Shown: piece by piece, positions 51,008 through 61,611 of the stretch
How positions within the stretch are numbered: the stretch's first letter is position 1
Layout: every line of letters begins with the position of its first letter
DNA from: an uncultured Acidobacteriota bacterium
GTDB lineage: Bacteria; Acidobacteriota; UBA6911
Assembly (NCBI GenBank): GCA_963827655.1
Contig: CAWHCF010000045.1
Span: 1 to 64,000, forward strand
Direction: 5' to 3'
Length of the DNA stretch: 64,000 nt
Translations under genes and position numbers: made by a program
The notes under the pieces: generated by a model
The model's database searches: none
Told to the model about the DNA's origin: nothing
The model's input: the letters and a program-made list of their open reading frames with translations, nothing else

Positions 51008-51559
51008 ATGACCTCGAAAACGCGACTGACAGCCGAAGACCTCTGGCTGATGCCTGAGGAGGAACGCGGGGATCTAATCAACGGCGAGGTCGTCCGGGAA
51101 CCGTACACCGGCTGGCCTCACGGGCGCCTGATGCTACGGCTGGGGTCCGCGCTCCTCGAGTATGTCAAGACCCACGGTGGAGGTGACGTGGCCGTCGGCG
51201 ACGTCGCCTTCGTCCTGGACCTGCCGCATGATCGGGAACGCGTCCGCGGCGCAGACATCGCCTTCATCTCGGCCCAGCGGCTGCCGAAGGGAAAGACGCC
51301 GGAAAAGTTCTTCCACGGTGCTCCGGACCTGGCGGTCGAGATTCTCTCTCCCTCCCAGACCTTCGCCAACGTCGAACAGAAGGTCCTGGACTATCTCGAG
51401 GCCGGCAGCCGTCTGGTATGGGTTATCAATCCGGCCTCCCGCAGCGCGACGGTCTACCGCGCCACCGGAACTGCTCGCCTGCTGCGCGAGCATGAGCAAC
51501 TCGAGGGCGAAGATCTGCTTCCGGGTCTCAGCATCGCGCTCTCCGGGATCTTCGATTAG
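51008..51559 (+). CDS. Uma2-family (DUF820) endonuclease-fold protein
   Basis: gaggt RBS; LINGEV, H..L, ADIAFIS, APDLAVEILSPS, KVLDYLEAG..VWVINP. Confidence 0.92.
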   Translation: MTSKTRLTAEDLWLMPEEERGDLINGEVVREPYTGWPHGRLMLRLGSALLEYVKTHGGGDVAVGDVAFVLDLPHDRERVRGADIAFISAQRLPKGKTPEKFFHGAPDLAVEILSPSQTFANVEQKVLDYLEAGSRLVWVINPASRSATVYRATGTARLLREHEQLEGEDLLPGLSIALSGIFD

Positions 51560-51610
51560 TCACGCAGTCCTTCACCTCCTTGCGATTCAAACAGTGTTCC
51601 CTCGCCGGCC

Positions 51611-51968
51611 TTTGGAGTGCGCAAGCTTGCTTAGTACTGCTGTTAGCAATTAACGGTGACGTATTTTGGCAGTTGAGGCCTGAAAGGCCGACAGAGAGTA
51701 GGCCCGGCCGTAAGGCCGGGATTAGACGTGCATGAAGAAGAGCGCCGAAGGTGCGACACAGCCGGAGTGCCGGTCCTTCGGACCTCGTTCAGGGGCGTCT
51801 TGAAAACCCCGCCCTGACGGGCGGGGCTACTCACTGACGGGCCTTCGGCCCTAGGCGACAACACAGCCGACTCCTACCGCTCTGCCAAATACATCACCGT
51901 ATTTATGAACCAGCCAACTTAGCAAGCTACCGCACTCCAAGGTCGCCCGTGAAATGTCCAAACTCGAC
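51611..51968. mobile_element. Composite REP/MITE-like multi-hairpin element, copy 2
   Basis: ttggagtgcgcaagcttgc (51612) and inverted gcaagctaccgcactccaagg (51922) bracket a six-hairpin palindromic core at 51676-51852; gaaatgtccaaactc at 51951. Confidence 0.78.
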
Positions 51969-52077
51969 GGGCCTGCGACAACAAGCTCCCGACCTTCGTC
52001 ACCTTGCAACCTTTCTGGCGCCGGTGGGATGTTATAGTGTTCCGTTACAGGTGGGTCAAAGGTTCTAGAGGGGAAAA

Positions 52078-52455
52078 ATGAGTCCTGACGACTTCCGCCG
52101 TATTGCACTGGGAATGGAGAACGCCATCGAGGGTGCGCACATGGGACATCCTGACTTCCGGGCCAACGGCAGGATCTTCGCAACCATCCATCCCGATCAC
52201 AAGTGGGGAATGGTCAAGCTCACACCAGACCAGCAGCATGCGTTCGTGCGTGAGAATCCCGCGGCCTTCACTCCCGAAAACGGCGCCTGGGGACGCGCCG
52301 GATGCACGAAAGTGCGGTTGGCTTCGGTAGACGAAGATACGCTTGGAGAGGCGATGACGCTTGCATGGCAGAACAGTGCCGCTGCGAAGCGCCCCGCTGG
52401 ACGGACGAAGGCCAGGCGCGCAACCCGAACGATTCGGCCATCGCGGAAACGCTGA
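52078..52455 (+). CDS. MmcQ/YjbR-family protein
   Basis: FRRIALG..HMGHPDFRANGRIFAT..GAWGRAG..AMTLAW. Confidence 0.88.
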   Translation: MSPDDFRRIALGMENAIEGAHMGHPDFRANGRIFATIHPDHKWGMVKLTPDQQHAFVRENPAAFTPENGAWGRAGCTKVRLASVDEDTLGEAMTLAWQNSAAAKRPAGRTKARRATRTIRPSRKR

Positions 52456-52460
52456 CCAAG

Positions 52461-54263
52461 ATGAAACGCCTGCGCGAGCGCAACGAGTGGAAGTTCTTCG
52501 CGGTCCTGGCGAGGGCCGACCGCGGCCTCGCCCTCATCTGGTGGATGATTCTCATCCTCCGGGGCGTGCTGCCGGCCATGTTCGCCATCGCGATGGGCCT
52601 TGTCGTTTCTAGCGTCCAGGGCGGCGGCAGCCTGGCCGTTCCACTGTTCTTCACCGGCGTCGTCTTCCTGTTGCTCCAGATCCTCACGCCAATCCACCAG
52701 GCTGTTGGCGCCAACCTTGGCGATCGCACCTCGGCCTGGCTCTATGACCGGCTGACCGAGGCGTGCGTCCGTCCGCGCGGCATGGGCCACCTCGAGGATC
52801 CGAAGCTTACGACCGACCTGACGGTCGCCCGGGACTTCGATCTTGGCATCACGGGGCCGCCAATGTCGATCTCGATGGACTTCATAGCCGGAGGCCTGGT
52901 CGAGATGATTGGCGGCCTGACATCAGCAGCCGTGCTCGCGTGGTATCGCTGGTGGGCGCCGCTGGTGCTCGCGGGCGCGTGGCTTGCGACGCACTGGTTG
53001 CTGCGTGAGAGCGCGGTCTGGCGCGATCGAAACACCGACGAGGTGCGCGCAGCCCAGCGCGACTCGGAATACGCGTACCGGCTTGCCGTCGATCCGCCTG
53101 CTGCCAAGGAATTGCGGTTGTTCGGTATGGCGGGCTGGGTCATCGAACGCTTCGTCGGCCGGCGTACCCGCCTGCACGAGCTGCAATACGAAGCCACGCG
53201 CCTGCGTGAGAAATCCGTCCTGTCGAGCCTCCTGCTGGTCGTGGGCGCAAACGTGGTCGTGTTCTGGTCGCTCGCAAATGCAGCCTTGGATGGCCGCCTC
53301 GATCTGGGAGCGGCAGTGATGTTCGCTCAGTGCGCGCTCGGCACGGCGATGATTGCCTTCGGCGGGCTCAATTGGGCGCTTGACGGCGCGGCCGCTCCGG
53401 TGGGCGCGGTGCTGCGCCTCGAAGATGCAATGAGCGCCGCGGGCGCCTTGAAGTCAGGCGCGCGGCGGGCCGACGGGATGCCCCGTGGGTCGATCCGCTG
53501 CCGCGACGTCACTTTTGCGTACCCGGGTGATGGCGCTGCGCCAGTCCTCAAGGGATTCGACCTCACGATTCCGGCAGGATCGTCCCTCGCCATCGTCGGC
53601 AGGAACGGCGCCGGCAAGACTACGCTCGCCAAGCTGCTGTGCCGGCTTTACGATCCGCAGTCCGGCGCCATTGAGGTCGATGATGTCGATATTCGCGACT
53701 TCGATCTCGAGAGCTGGCGGTCGCGGGTAACCGCCGTCTTTCAGGATTTCATCCGCTTCGAGTTGCCGCTGCGCGACAATGTCGCACCCCAGGGCGCGCC
53801 GGACGACAAGGTGCTGGCTGCGCTCGAATCGGCCGGCGCCGCCGGGCTCGCCGAGCTCGACACCGTGCTGGCGCGAGGCTACGAGCGCGGGACTGATCTA
53901 TCCGGCGGGCAGTGGCAACGGGTCGCGTTGGCGCGGGCACTGTGCGCAGTGCAACTCGGAGCCGGCGTCGTACTTCTCGACGAGCCGACCGCACAACTTG
54001 ACGTGCGCGGCGAGGCCGAGATTTTCGATCGGATCCTTGACGCCACGCGTCACTGCACCACGATTCTCATCTCTCACCGGTTCTCGACTGTCCGGCACGC
54101 CGATCGTATCTGCGTTCTCGAAAACGGAGCGGTGATCGAACTCGGCACACACGACGAGCTCATGGCCCTTGGCGGCCGCTACCGGACGATGTTCGACTTG
54201 CAGGCCCAGCGCTTCAGCGCGACTGAGGACGAGGAAGGCAAGACATATGACGCCCTCACCTAG
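52461..54263 (+). CDS. ABC exporter half-transporter 1 (TMD plus NBD)
   Basis: GRNGAGKTT, VFQDF, LSGGQWQR, LLDEPT, ISHRFSTVR. Confidence 0.93.
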   Translation: MKRLRERNEWKFFAVLARADRGLALIWWMILILRGVLPAMFAIAMGLVVSSVQGGGSLAVPLFFTGVVFLLLQILTPIHQAVGANLGDRTSAWLYDRLTEACVRPRGMGHLEDPKLTTDLTVARDFDLGITGPPMSISMDFIAGGLVEMIGGLTSAAVLAWYRWWAPLVLAGAWLATHWLLRESAVWRDRNTDEVRAAQRDSEYAYRLAVDPPAAKELRLFGMAGWVIERFVGRRTRLHELQYEATRLREKSVLSSLLLVVGANVVVFWSLANAALDGRLDLGAAVMFAQCALGTAMIAFGGLNWALDGAAAPVGAVLRLEDAMSAAGALKSGARRADGMPRGSIRCRDVTFAYPGDGAAPVLKGFDLTIPAGSSLAIVGRNGAGKTTLAKLLCRLYDPQSGAIEVDDVDIRDFDLESWRSRVTAVFQDFIRFELPLRDNVAPQGAPDDKVLAALESAGAAGLAELDTVLARGYERGTDLSGGQWQRVALARALCAVQLGAGVVLLDEPTAQLDVRGEAEIFDRILDATRHCTTILISHRFSTVRHADRICVLENGAVIELGTHDELMALGGRYRTMFDLQAQRFSATEDEEGKTYDALT

Positions 54264-56043
54264 GAACGAACTGCCGCCCGGGCTGTCGTCGATGTGGCGT
54301 CTGTGCAAGCTCGGCTACCGGCACGAGCCGCGACTGCTGCTGGCTTCGTTCCTGATTTCTCTCCTGGCGGCGTTGCCGGACTCGCTGGTTGCGGTCTGGC
54401 TCAAGGTGCTCGGCGACGGCGTACTCCAACAATCTCGCGGTCGTGTGCTCGCCGCAGCGGTGGGGCTCGGAGTCTCCGCAACCGCCACCTGGTTCCTGCG
54501 AACGGTCAGCACGCGCGTGCAGCGGCGTTTTCGCGACAAAGTCACCATCGTGCTCGAGTCGCATGTCGCCAGGCTCCAGGCGTCGGCCGCGACCATCGAG
54601 CACCAGGAGCGGCCCGAGTATCTCGATCGGCTCGCCATGCTGCGCAACCAGGTATTCGTGCTCGACCACATGTATATGTCATTATTCTCGACCTGTTCCT
54701 GGATCCTGCGCCTTGGCGTCACTCTCGCGCTGCTCATCGCTATTCATCCCGCGCTGATCCTGCTCGCTGTCTTCGCGCTGCCAACCGTGTGGACGTCGAC
54801 GTGGCGTCCCGCCGTCGAGCGCGCGGCATGGGAGAGCCGCGCGGCGGCAAATCGTCTGGCGCGTCATCTGTTCGTTACTGCCACGACTGCCGCTCCGGGC
54901 AAGGAGGTGCGCGTCGCCGGCATCGGTTCGCGTTTGGTCAGGGAACGCCGCGCCGCTTGGGAGTGGTGGTACGCAGGCGTGTCGAAGGCGCGGTGGGGTT
55001 CGGCGATGTGGCATGCCCTTGCGTGGGCCGTGTTCGGTAGCGCTTACGTGGGCGCGGTTGTTTTCGTGGCGAGCGGCTTGCGATCATCTGCCGGCGACAT
55101 CATGCTCGTACTGGCCGCGGGCGCGCGTCTGTCGGCGTATATCGGCGCCACGGTGGGTGAGATCGGATTCCTGCGCGGTTTTTGGATGGATGGATCCAGA
55201 CGGCTCGCCTGGCTCGAGGACTACGTCGCGTCGTTGACGGCATCGGCCGATCTGGCAGTACCGGCGCGGCTGAGCGAAGGCATCCGTCTGGAGAAGGTCT
55301 CTTTCGCTTACCCCGGCACCGAGCGCCTGGTGCTCGAGGACGTATCGCTGAAACTGCCGGCCGGAGCGGTCATCGCCATCGTCGGCGAAAACGGCGCCGG
55401 GAAGACCACACTGGTCAAGCTGTTGGGCAAGTTCTACGAACCCTCATCGGGTACGATCTACATCGATGGCCAGCCGCTGGCGCGCATGCCCGCCGACGCC
55501 TGGCGCGAGCGGCTCGCCGGCGCGTTCCAGGACTTTTTCCGCTTCGAGTTCCGCGCGCTTCACAGCATCGGGGTAGGTGACGTGCCGCGCCTGGACCATG
55601 AGCCTTCCGTGACCGCAGCCGTCCATCGCGCCGGCGCCGCTGATGTCGTGTCGAGCCTCGCCGCAGGTTTGGAGACGCAGCTCGGTCCGACGTGGCCTGG
55701 AGGCGTCGAGGTGTCCTTTGGCCAGTGGCAGAAAATCGCGCTGGCGCGCGCCTTCATGCGCGACCGCCCGCTTCTGCTGGTACTCGACGAGCCGACCGCA
55801 GCCCTCGATGCCGAAAGCGAGCACGCGCTGTTCGAGCGCTACGCTGCCGCCTCAGGCGCCGAGCGAACGGACGGCCGTATCACGATTCTGGTCTCACATC
55901 GGTTCAGCACCGTTCGCATGGCCGACCTCATCGTCGTCCTGGACGGAGCGCACGTGGTCGAGGTCGGTTCACACGACGAACTCATGGCCAGGCGCGGTCT
56001 GTACTCCGAGTTGTACGGCATCCAGGCGGCCGCCTACCGGTGA
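54247..56043 (+). CDS. ABC exporter half-transporter 2 (degenerate signature)
   Basis: GENGAGKTT, VSFGQWQK, VLDEPT, VSHRFSTVR; overlaps the first half-transporter. Confidence 0.93.
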   Translation: MTPSPRNELPPGLSSMWRLCKLGYRHEPRLLLASFLISLLAALPDSLVAVWLKVLGDGVLQQSRGRVLAAAVGLGVSATATWFLRTVSTRVQRRFRDKVTIVLESHVARLQASAATIEHQERPEYLDRLAMLRNQVFVLDHMYMSLFSTCSWILRLGVTLALLIAIHPALILLAVFALPTVWTSTWRPAVERAAWESRAAANRLARHLFVTATTAAPGKEVRVAGIGSRLVRERRAAWEWWYAGVSKARWGSAMWHALAWAVFGSAYVGAVVFVASGLRSSAGDIMLVLAAGARLSAYIGATVGEIGFLRGFWMDGSRRLAWLEDYVASLTASADLAVPARLSEGIRLEKVSFAYPGTERLVLEDVSLKLPAGAVIAIVGENGAGKTTLVKLLGKFYEPSSGTIYIDGQPLARMPADAWRERLAGAFQDFFRFEFRALHSIGVGDVPRLDHEPSVTAAVHRAGAADVVSSLAAGLETQLGPTWPGGVEVSFGQWQKIALARAFMRDRPLLLVLDEPTAALDAESEHALFERYAAASGAERTDGRITILVSHRFSTVRMADLIVVLDGAHVVEVGSHDELMARRGLYSELYGIQAAAYR

Positions 56044-56399
56044 CCTTATCGGAGGGTTGGTTAGCTTCCCGTTACCGCGCGACTGGATGATTCGTGAGAG
56101 CGGCTTGATGATGAAGCCCACCGCAGGTTGGACAACTACCCACATCATTTTTCATTGTCGCTATGGCTTGCCTGACCAGCTTTAATGGCTCAAGCCGTTT
56201 ACGGCAGTTCCGTTCGAGGTCGACGCTCGACGAGAAGTCGAGGAGCAAATCGCAGAAAAGAAGGTCAAACCGCGTGAATCATGTTCTCCTTCGATCAATC
56301 CGCAGCGTGTCGCCACAGCACAGAAGCGCACTTTCAACCCTGATGTCCGACATCAGTTCTCAGCCCGATTTTCCGAGAGGATTGCAATCGTTGCCGCGC

Positions 56400-56879
56400 C
56401 TACTCCCAGTCGGGAGTCGGCCGCTCTTTCAGCCAAAGAATGAAATCCATGTTCGGGGGCGTACCGCCCAATAGTCGGAGTCTTGTTGCGCACTGGGCAC
56501 GATGACCATGGCTGTGCATGCAAACCTGCATCAGCGCCTGGGCAACCGAACAACTGTGGCCGGGGAGGAAAGGCGTCTCCAATACGCGCGCTAGATCAGG
56601 TTCCCGAACTTGAGATACCCACTCCATCTCCTGCGCGTGAGTATCCCGATACCGAGCCGCGATAGCCTCGAGCGACTCCGGAATCCGCGATTCCTCTTCG
56701 ACCGCGAACGGAAGCCCGAGGATCAACAGAAGCCAGAACCGGTTGGCCAGGATGATATGATGAAGGGTCTTTCGCAGTTCCACGTCTTGAGCAGCCGCTT
56801 CATTTTGCCGAATTGCCTTCACCAGCGAGGCATTCGCATATCCTTTGTGATGTATCAGCTCTTGTAGCATTTCAAGCAT
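56400..56879 (-). CDS. DinB-family protein
   Basis: HKGYAN, TLHHIILANRFW, QVCMHSHGHRAQ..LRLLGGTPP. Confidence 0.88.
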   Translation of the reverse strand: MLEMLQELIHHKGYANASLVKAIRQNEAAAQDVELRKTLHHIILANRFWLLLILGLPFAVEEESRIPESLEAIAARYRDTHAQEMEWVSQVREPDLARVLETPFLPGHSCSVAQALMQVCMHSHGHRAQCATRLRLLGGTPPNMDFILWLKERPTPDWE

Positions 56880-57468
56880 GATCGTTATTTTACCTGAGGT
56901 TGGGTTCAAAATAACCTGACCGACCGGCTGAACTTCACGATCCGACAGGGCTCCGCCTGTCTTTTTCGGCGGATGATCTACCACCGGGATGGAAGGAGCG
57001 TCTCGAAGATCACCAGGAGTTGCTTCGCTGCTACCCACTACGACTTCGTGAGCCTCACAGGGCGTTGAAATTCGGTAGCGAGATGAGGACACCAGCGATG
57101 CAAGCGGGGCTGACCACCCGACGGCTCACGTTAAGGGAGATCTTCCCGTCAGCGATGGTTCTTTCGATAGCGGAGAAAGTTATGTTCGGACCATCGACCG
57201 TTTGGTCATTGTCGACGAGACGCGATGCCTGTTGAAACACGGCGCGTTGATGCTCGGATTTACTGCCCTCAGTGAACGAGAAATACTCGCGGCTGTGCGC
57301 TGCCTGAGAATGGCGCTTTGCCGAGGTTCATGGCGAGGGTGGCGACCGTGAGCATCGTGAAGAACGGGCGATTGCCAGTTCAGCGCCGTCCGGTAAAAGC
57401 AACTCACGGACACGTAGACGCCGGCATTTCTCGCGCAGGGCTTCAGCGGTCTTGCCGAAACTCATGAC

Positions 57469-60400
57469 TCAGAACTCCAGCCGCAAACCGAGGTTGATCT
57501 CGCGTGTCGCCGGCTCGCCGTTCAGCACGCGCGCCATGGAGCTGATTGTCCCCACGGTACCGGGCGCGCTGATGTTAACCGCTGGCACGGCAAAGTTGGG
57601 GTGATTGAGAGCATTCACCATGATCAGGCGAAACTGCAGTCGCGTATTCTCCCTCAGGGTGAAATACTTCCCCAGAGCGAAGTCCAGGTTGGAAATGCCA
57701 GGACCTTCAAGGATATTGAGCCCCGAGTTGCCGAATCGGCCCACGTTGGTTCGGGCGCTTTCCGGGCAGATTGGATTGCTGTCCGGGCACCCTGGAATCT
57801 TGAAGGCCGAGGCGTCGAACCAGCGACCGAGGGAGCGGTCGGCGGTGGGAAGGTTTCCATCGCCGATACGATCCGGCCGCCCTCCTATCGTGTTGGTGTT
57901 GGAAGGATCCCGGCCTGTAAACGTGGGATTAAAATATTGCCCGGATTGCAGGTTGACATTCCAGCTCGTTTGCCAGCCTCCCAGAAGCCCTTCGACCCAG
58001 CCGCTGGCGCCACTCAGGAAGCGCTGACCTCGTCCGAAGGGGAGGGCGTAAATAGCGTAGCCAAACGCGCGATGCTTCAGAACCAGTGCGTTATCGGCTT
58101 TCTCCGCCTGGCGGTCGTATTGGTCTTGAATCACCTGGCCGCCAAAGGAGGTGCCGCCTCCACCGGAGTCCTGAGAGTCGGTCAAGTCGCGCGCCCAGGT
58201 CCACCCGGCGCCGAATGAAAAATTCTTGCCGTACCTTTTCGTCGCCGAAACCTCGAGGCCATTGTAGAACTCGTTGCCGCCATTTTCCGTCCAGATGACC
58301 TGGTTGTACTGCGGGTAGGTCCTGCGGATGGCCGAGAACGGGATCGTGCTCGGCGGCGGCAGATTCAGATTACGCCGATAGGGCAAGTTCACGGTCCGGG
58401 TCCCCATATAGGAAACCCGCAAAGCCGTCTCTTTCACCTCCTGCTCGATCGTCAGATTCCACTGCTGCGTGTACGGGTTCTTCAGGTTCGGGTCCTTGCC
58501 CTGGACATTCTGCGTGCCGACTGCGCCAATGGCGGAGGTCAGGAACGGTTCGGGAAAGCTGAACAGAGGCACGCCGTTTTGATCGAATTGACGAAGGTGG
58601 CGCTGCCCGCAAAAGGCCCCCCTCCCATGTCCCGTGCCAACGGCCGGTAAATGAGGTTGCCGAAGATTCCATAGGCGCCGCGGATCACCATGTTCCCGCC
58701 GGCGAACGGTTTATAGGCGAAACCAAACCGTGGTTGAATGGAGTCTTTGGGAAAATCGACCAGAGCGTCCTGCGGATAGCCGGCCTGCGAAGCGGTCTGG
58801 ATGGGAATGTTGGTCGGGAAGTATGGATTGATCCGGTCGACGGCATTGTCAGGAATGACCAGGGCGCCGGTTTGCGGATTGAAGCTGTAGATCGCTCCGA
58901 ACTGGTGGTAGAACGGCCCGGCCAGTTGCCACCGCAACCCGTAATTCAGCGTGAGCTTGCGATTGACTTTGAACTGGTCCTGGGCATAAAAGGCCCAGGT
59001 GGTAGCTCGCAGGTAGCGTGGAGGAGTATCTACGGCCAACTCGGTGCTTTGCGGGATTCCGAGCAGAAAATCCGCGTAGCCAAAGTTTGTGTAGATCCCC
59101 GTAAAGTTATACCTGCCGTAGATCAAGGGGCTGATGGACGTCTCGTTCAATCGGTCCCGGATCACGTCGATCCCGAACTTCAGAGAATGCGCCCCGCGGG
59201 TCCAACTGAGGTTGTCGATCAATTGTATCGAGGTGCTGGGGTTATTGAAGGCGACGTCCGTCAGGAAAGGATCCACCGGGTCGACCCTGAAGATTGGTTC
59301 GACCGGGGCGCCGGTCGCGGTGATCCCCTTGATGCCCCATTGCTGTATCAGGTCGCTACCGATGGTGTCGTAGTGGTAGCTGTTGCGATGGTAGGTCACG
59401 CCGGTGCGAAACTCATTCAGCAGCGCCGGGGAGAAGGTGTGCGACCACGAAATGACACCGCTATGGCCATAACGGCGCTGCGGGTAGTGACCAATGGCGG
59501 GGGGGTAATCGACGCCGTCCAGAGGCATGCGCCGCCAACTCATACGGCCGAAGATCAGATCGCGCGAGCTGAGATTATAGTCGATGCGGCCATCGACCAT
59601 GTTGAAACGCGTGAAGCCGGTGGTGCCTACGAACAATTGACGGTAGTTTCCGGCTTGCAGGGTGGGAGCGCCGAAGTTGGGCAGCGGAAAGACCTCCTGG
59701 ACATTCTTCGAGACAGGGCTGATCCGACTGTCCGGAATCCGATTACCGGGAAAGGGAGTGGGCCTGCCGGTGGCGTCGAGATTGGTGGGATCGACAATCG
59801 TGGTTGCGAGGCCGCCGAAGTCCCCACTCCGCCACGGTACCAGCGGCACAGCGGCAGTCATCAGGCGACGGGCTGCCTCTCGCGAACCTTCGTAGTCGCC
59901 GAAAAAGAAAAGTTTGTTCTTCTTGATCGGTCCACTGAGGCTGCCTCCGAAGTTATTGTAAACGCGCAGTGGCCTCTCGGTGCTGAAGAAGTTGCGCGAG
60001 TTCAGCACGTGGCTATTGTAGTTGTAGAACATGGTGCCGTGAAAATCGTTCGTGCCCGATTTCGTAACCACGGTGTAATTCGCCGCCACGGCAAACTCTG
60101 CTGTCGGATTGGCGGTCAGGACGTTGACCTCCTGTATCGCTTCAAAGCTTGGCTGGACTGGACTCGCGCCTCCGGAGTAAGCCGTCACTGCAATGCCATC
60201 CATCGTGGGCAGAGTTCCAGACTGTGTCCGCACGCCGTTGATCACCGGAATGCTCGTCGATCGTAACCGAGCTGGTTCCCGTGCTGAGAAACGTGTAGGT
60301 GTAGAAGCCTTTATCAGCCGCGTGCCGGCTCATTTCCAACGGCAACTGCTGCAAGACCTGGTTCGACTTGACGTCGCTCAGGGAGCTGGTCTCCGTGCTG

Positions 60401-60771
60401 ATGGCAGGCGTGGCCGCCTGGACCTCCGTTACGGTGGCGGTGGTCTCCAGCTTCAGGCTGGCGTCTATATTCAGCACCTGGTTGGAGCTCAGCACGAGCC
60501 CGCTCCTCTCGTACGTAGCGAATCCCGTGGCGGTGACCGTGACCCGGTATGTTCCGACATCGAGGTTCGGCACATTGAACACGCCGCCAGAGCTGGTGAC
60601 TACTTTGCGGTCGAGCCCGGTGCCCTCGTTGGTCACGGAGACGGTGACTCCCGGAACGACGGCTCCGCTAGGGTCCGTCACTACTCCAGTAATCGAGCCG
60701 AAAGTGGTTTGTCCGGCGGCTTGGGAAACAAAGAACAGAAACATCGTGATCAACAGAGTGAGCTGCCTCAT
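57469..60771 (-). CDS. TonB-dependent receptor, Oar-like; frameshifts near 60255 and 58578
   Basis: ggagg RBS; GVVTDPSGAVVPG, TKSGTNDFHG, YAQDQFKV, QPRFGFAY, NPYTQQWNL, terminal INLGLRLEF. Confidence 0.92.
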
Positions 60772-61012
60772 TGAAGGCCTCCTCTCAGGTGGGATTCGGT
60801 TCTCATGTTCCAGTTTCTGCAAGTATACATCCGGTTGTCTTTTCGCTCCAGCCCCGAGAAAAAGTTGTCCGCCGCAAATTTGGGCGGCAAGATCATCAAG
60901 ACGGATCTGCCAACCGCGTGGCCGGCGTAAATTCGCGCCGGATCGGGTTTCACTGGCGCAATCGTCCCATCTCTTCTAAGATCGCCCGGGGTTTTTGACT
61001 GGAGGACGGAGG

Positions 61013-61579
61013 ATGATTGAAATCCGGCGCATCGGTTTCTTGGCCGACACCCACTCTCGCAAAGCGGATGGCAGCGATCTCCCTCAGCAGGCGCTGGACG
61101 CTTTTGCCGGTGTTGACTTGATAGTCCACTTGGGCGATATCGGACAGAAGGGTATCCTGGGCCGCCTCGGGAGCGTCGCTCCTGTGATGGTCCCGGCCGG
61201 GGCAAACCAGGGTTACATTCCGGTCGGTGGCGGGGGACCGGTCAAGGTGATCGAAGCAGGCGGGCTGAGTGTAGGGCTCACGTTCAACGTCACGCTGCCT
61301 CGCAAGGACATAGTTGTGGAGAAGGATGGCAGCCTGACGTTTCCCGAGACGCCGCTGGCGGACATCCTGCGCTCGAAATTCGCGCGGATGGTGGACGCCG
61401 TCGCTTACGGCGGCACGCATCGACAGACGCAGCTGGAGTACCAGGGCGTACTGTTCTTCAACCCTGGCAGCCCGACGCTGCCGTCCGACCGTCGCAGCGA
61501 CAGCGACCTTGGCGGCGTCGCTGTGCTGAACCTGACGGGCGGGAAGCCGCGCGTGGAACTGGTGCGGCTCAGCAAATAG
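61013..61579 (+). CDS. YfcE/MJ0936-family metallophosphoesterase
   Basis: ADTH, IVHLGDI, YGGTH, FFNPGSPT; ggagg RBS. Confidence 0.88.
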   Translation: MIEIRRIGFLADTHSRKADGSDLPQQALDAFAGVDLIVHLGDIGQKGILGRLGSVAPVMVPAGANQGYIPVGGGGPVKVIEAGGLSVGLTFNVTLPRKDIVVEKDGSLTFPETPLADILRSKFARMVDAVAYGGTHRQTQLEYQGVLFFNPGSPTLPSDRRSDSDLGGVAVLNLTGGKPRVELVRLSK

Positions 61580-61611
61580 TCGAACGGCATCGGGGCGACA
61601 TCGCCTGGTGT

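Noticed and set aside
56044-57460. Coding-like fragments either side of the DinB gene
   Set aside because: Interrupted frames with no recognisable family; possibly decayed genes, but unsupported.
1-60771. Frameshifts in about ten genes as programmed frameshifting or mass pseudogenisation
   Set aside because: Single-base indels, several in homopolymers (e.g. tttccc near 130, ggaaaag near 540), with no in-frame stops or decay; best explained as long-read errors. Polishing would settle it.
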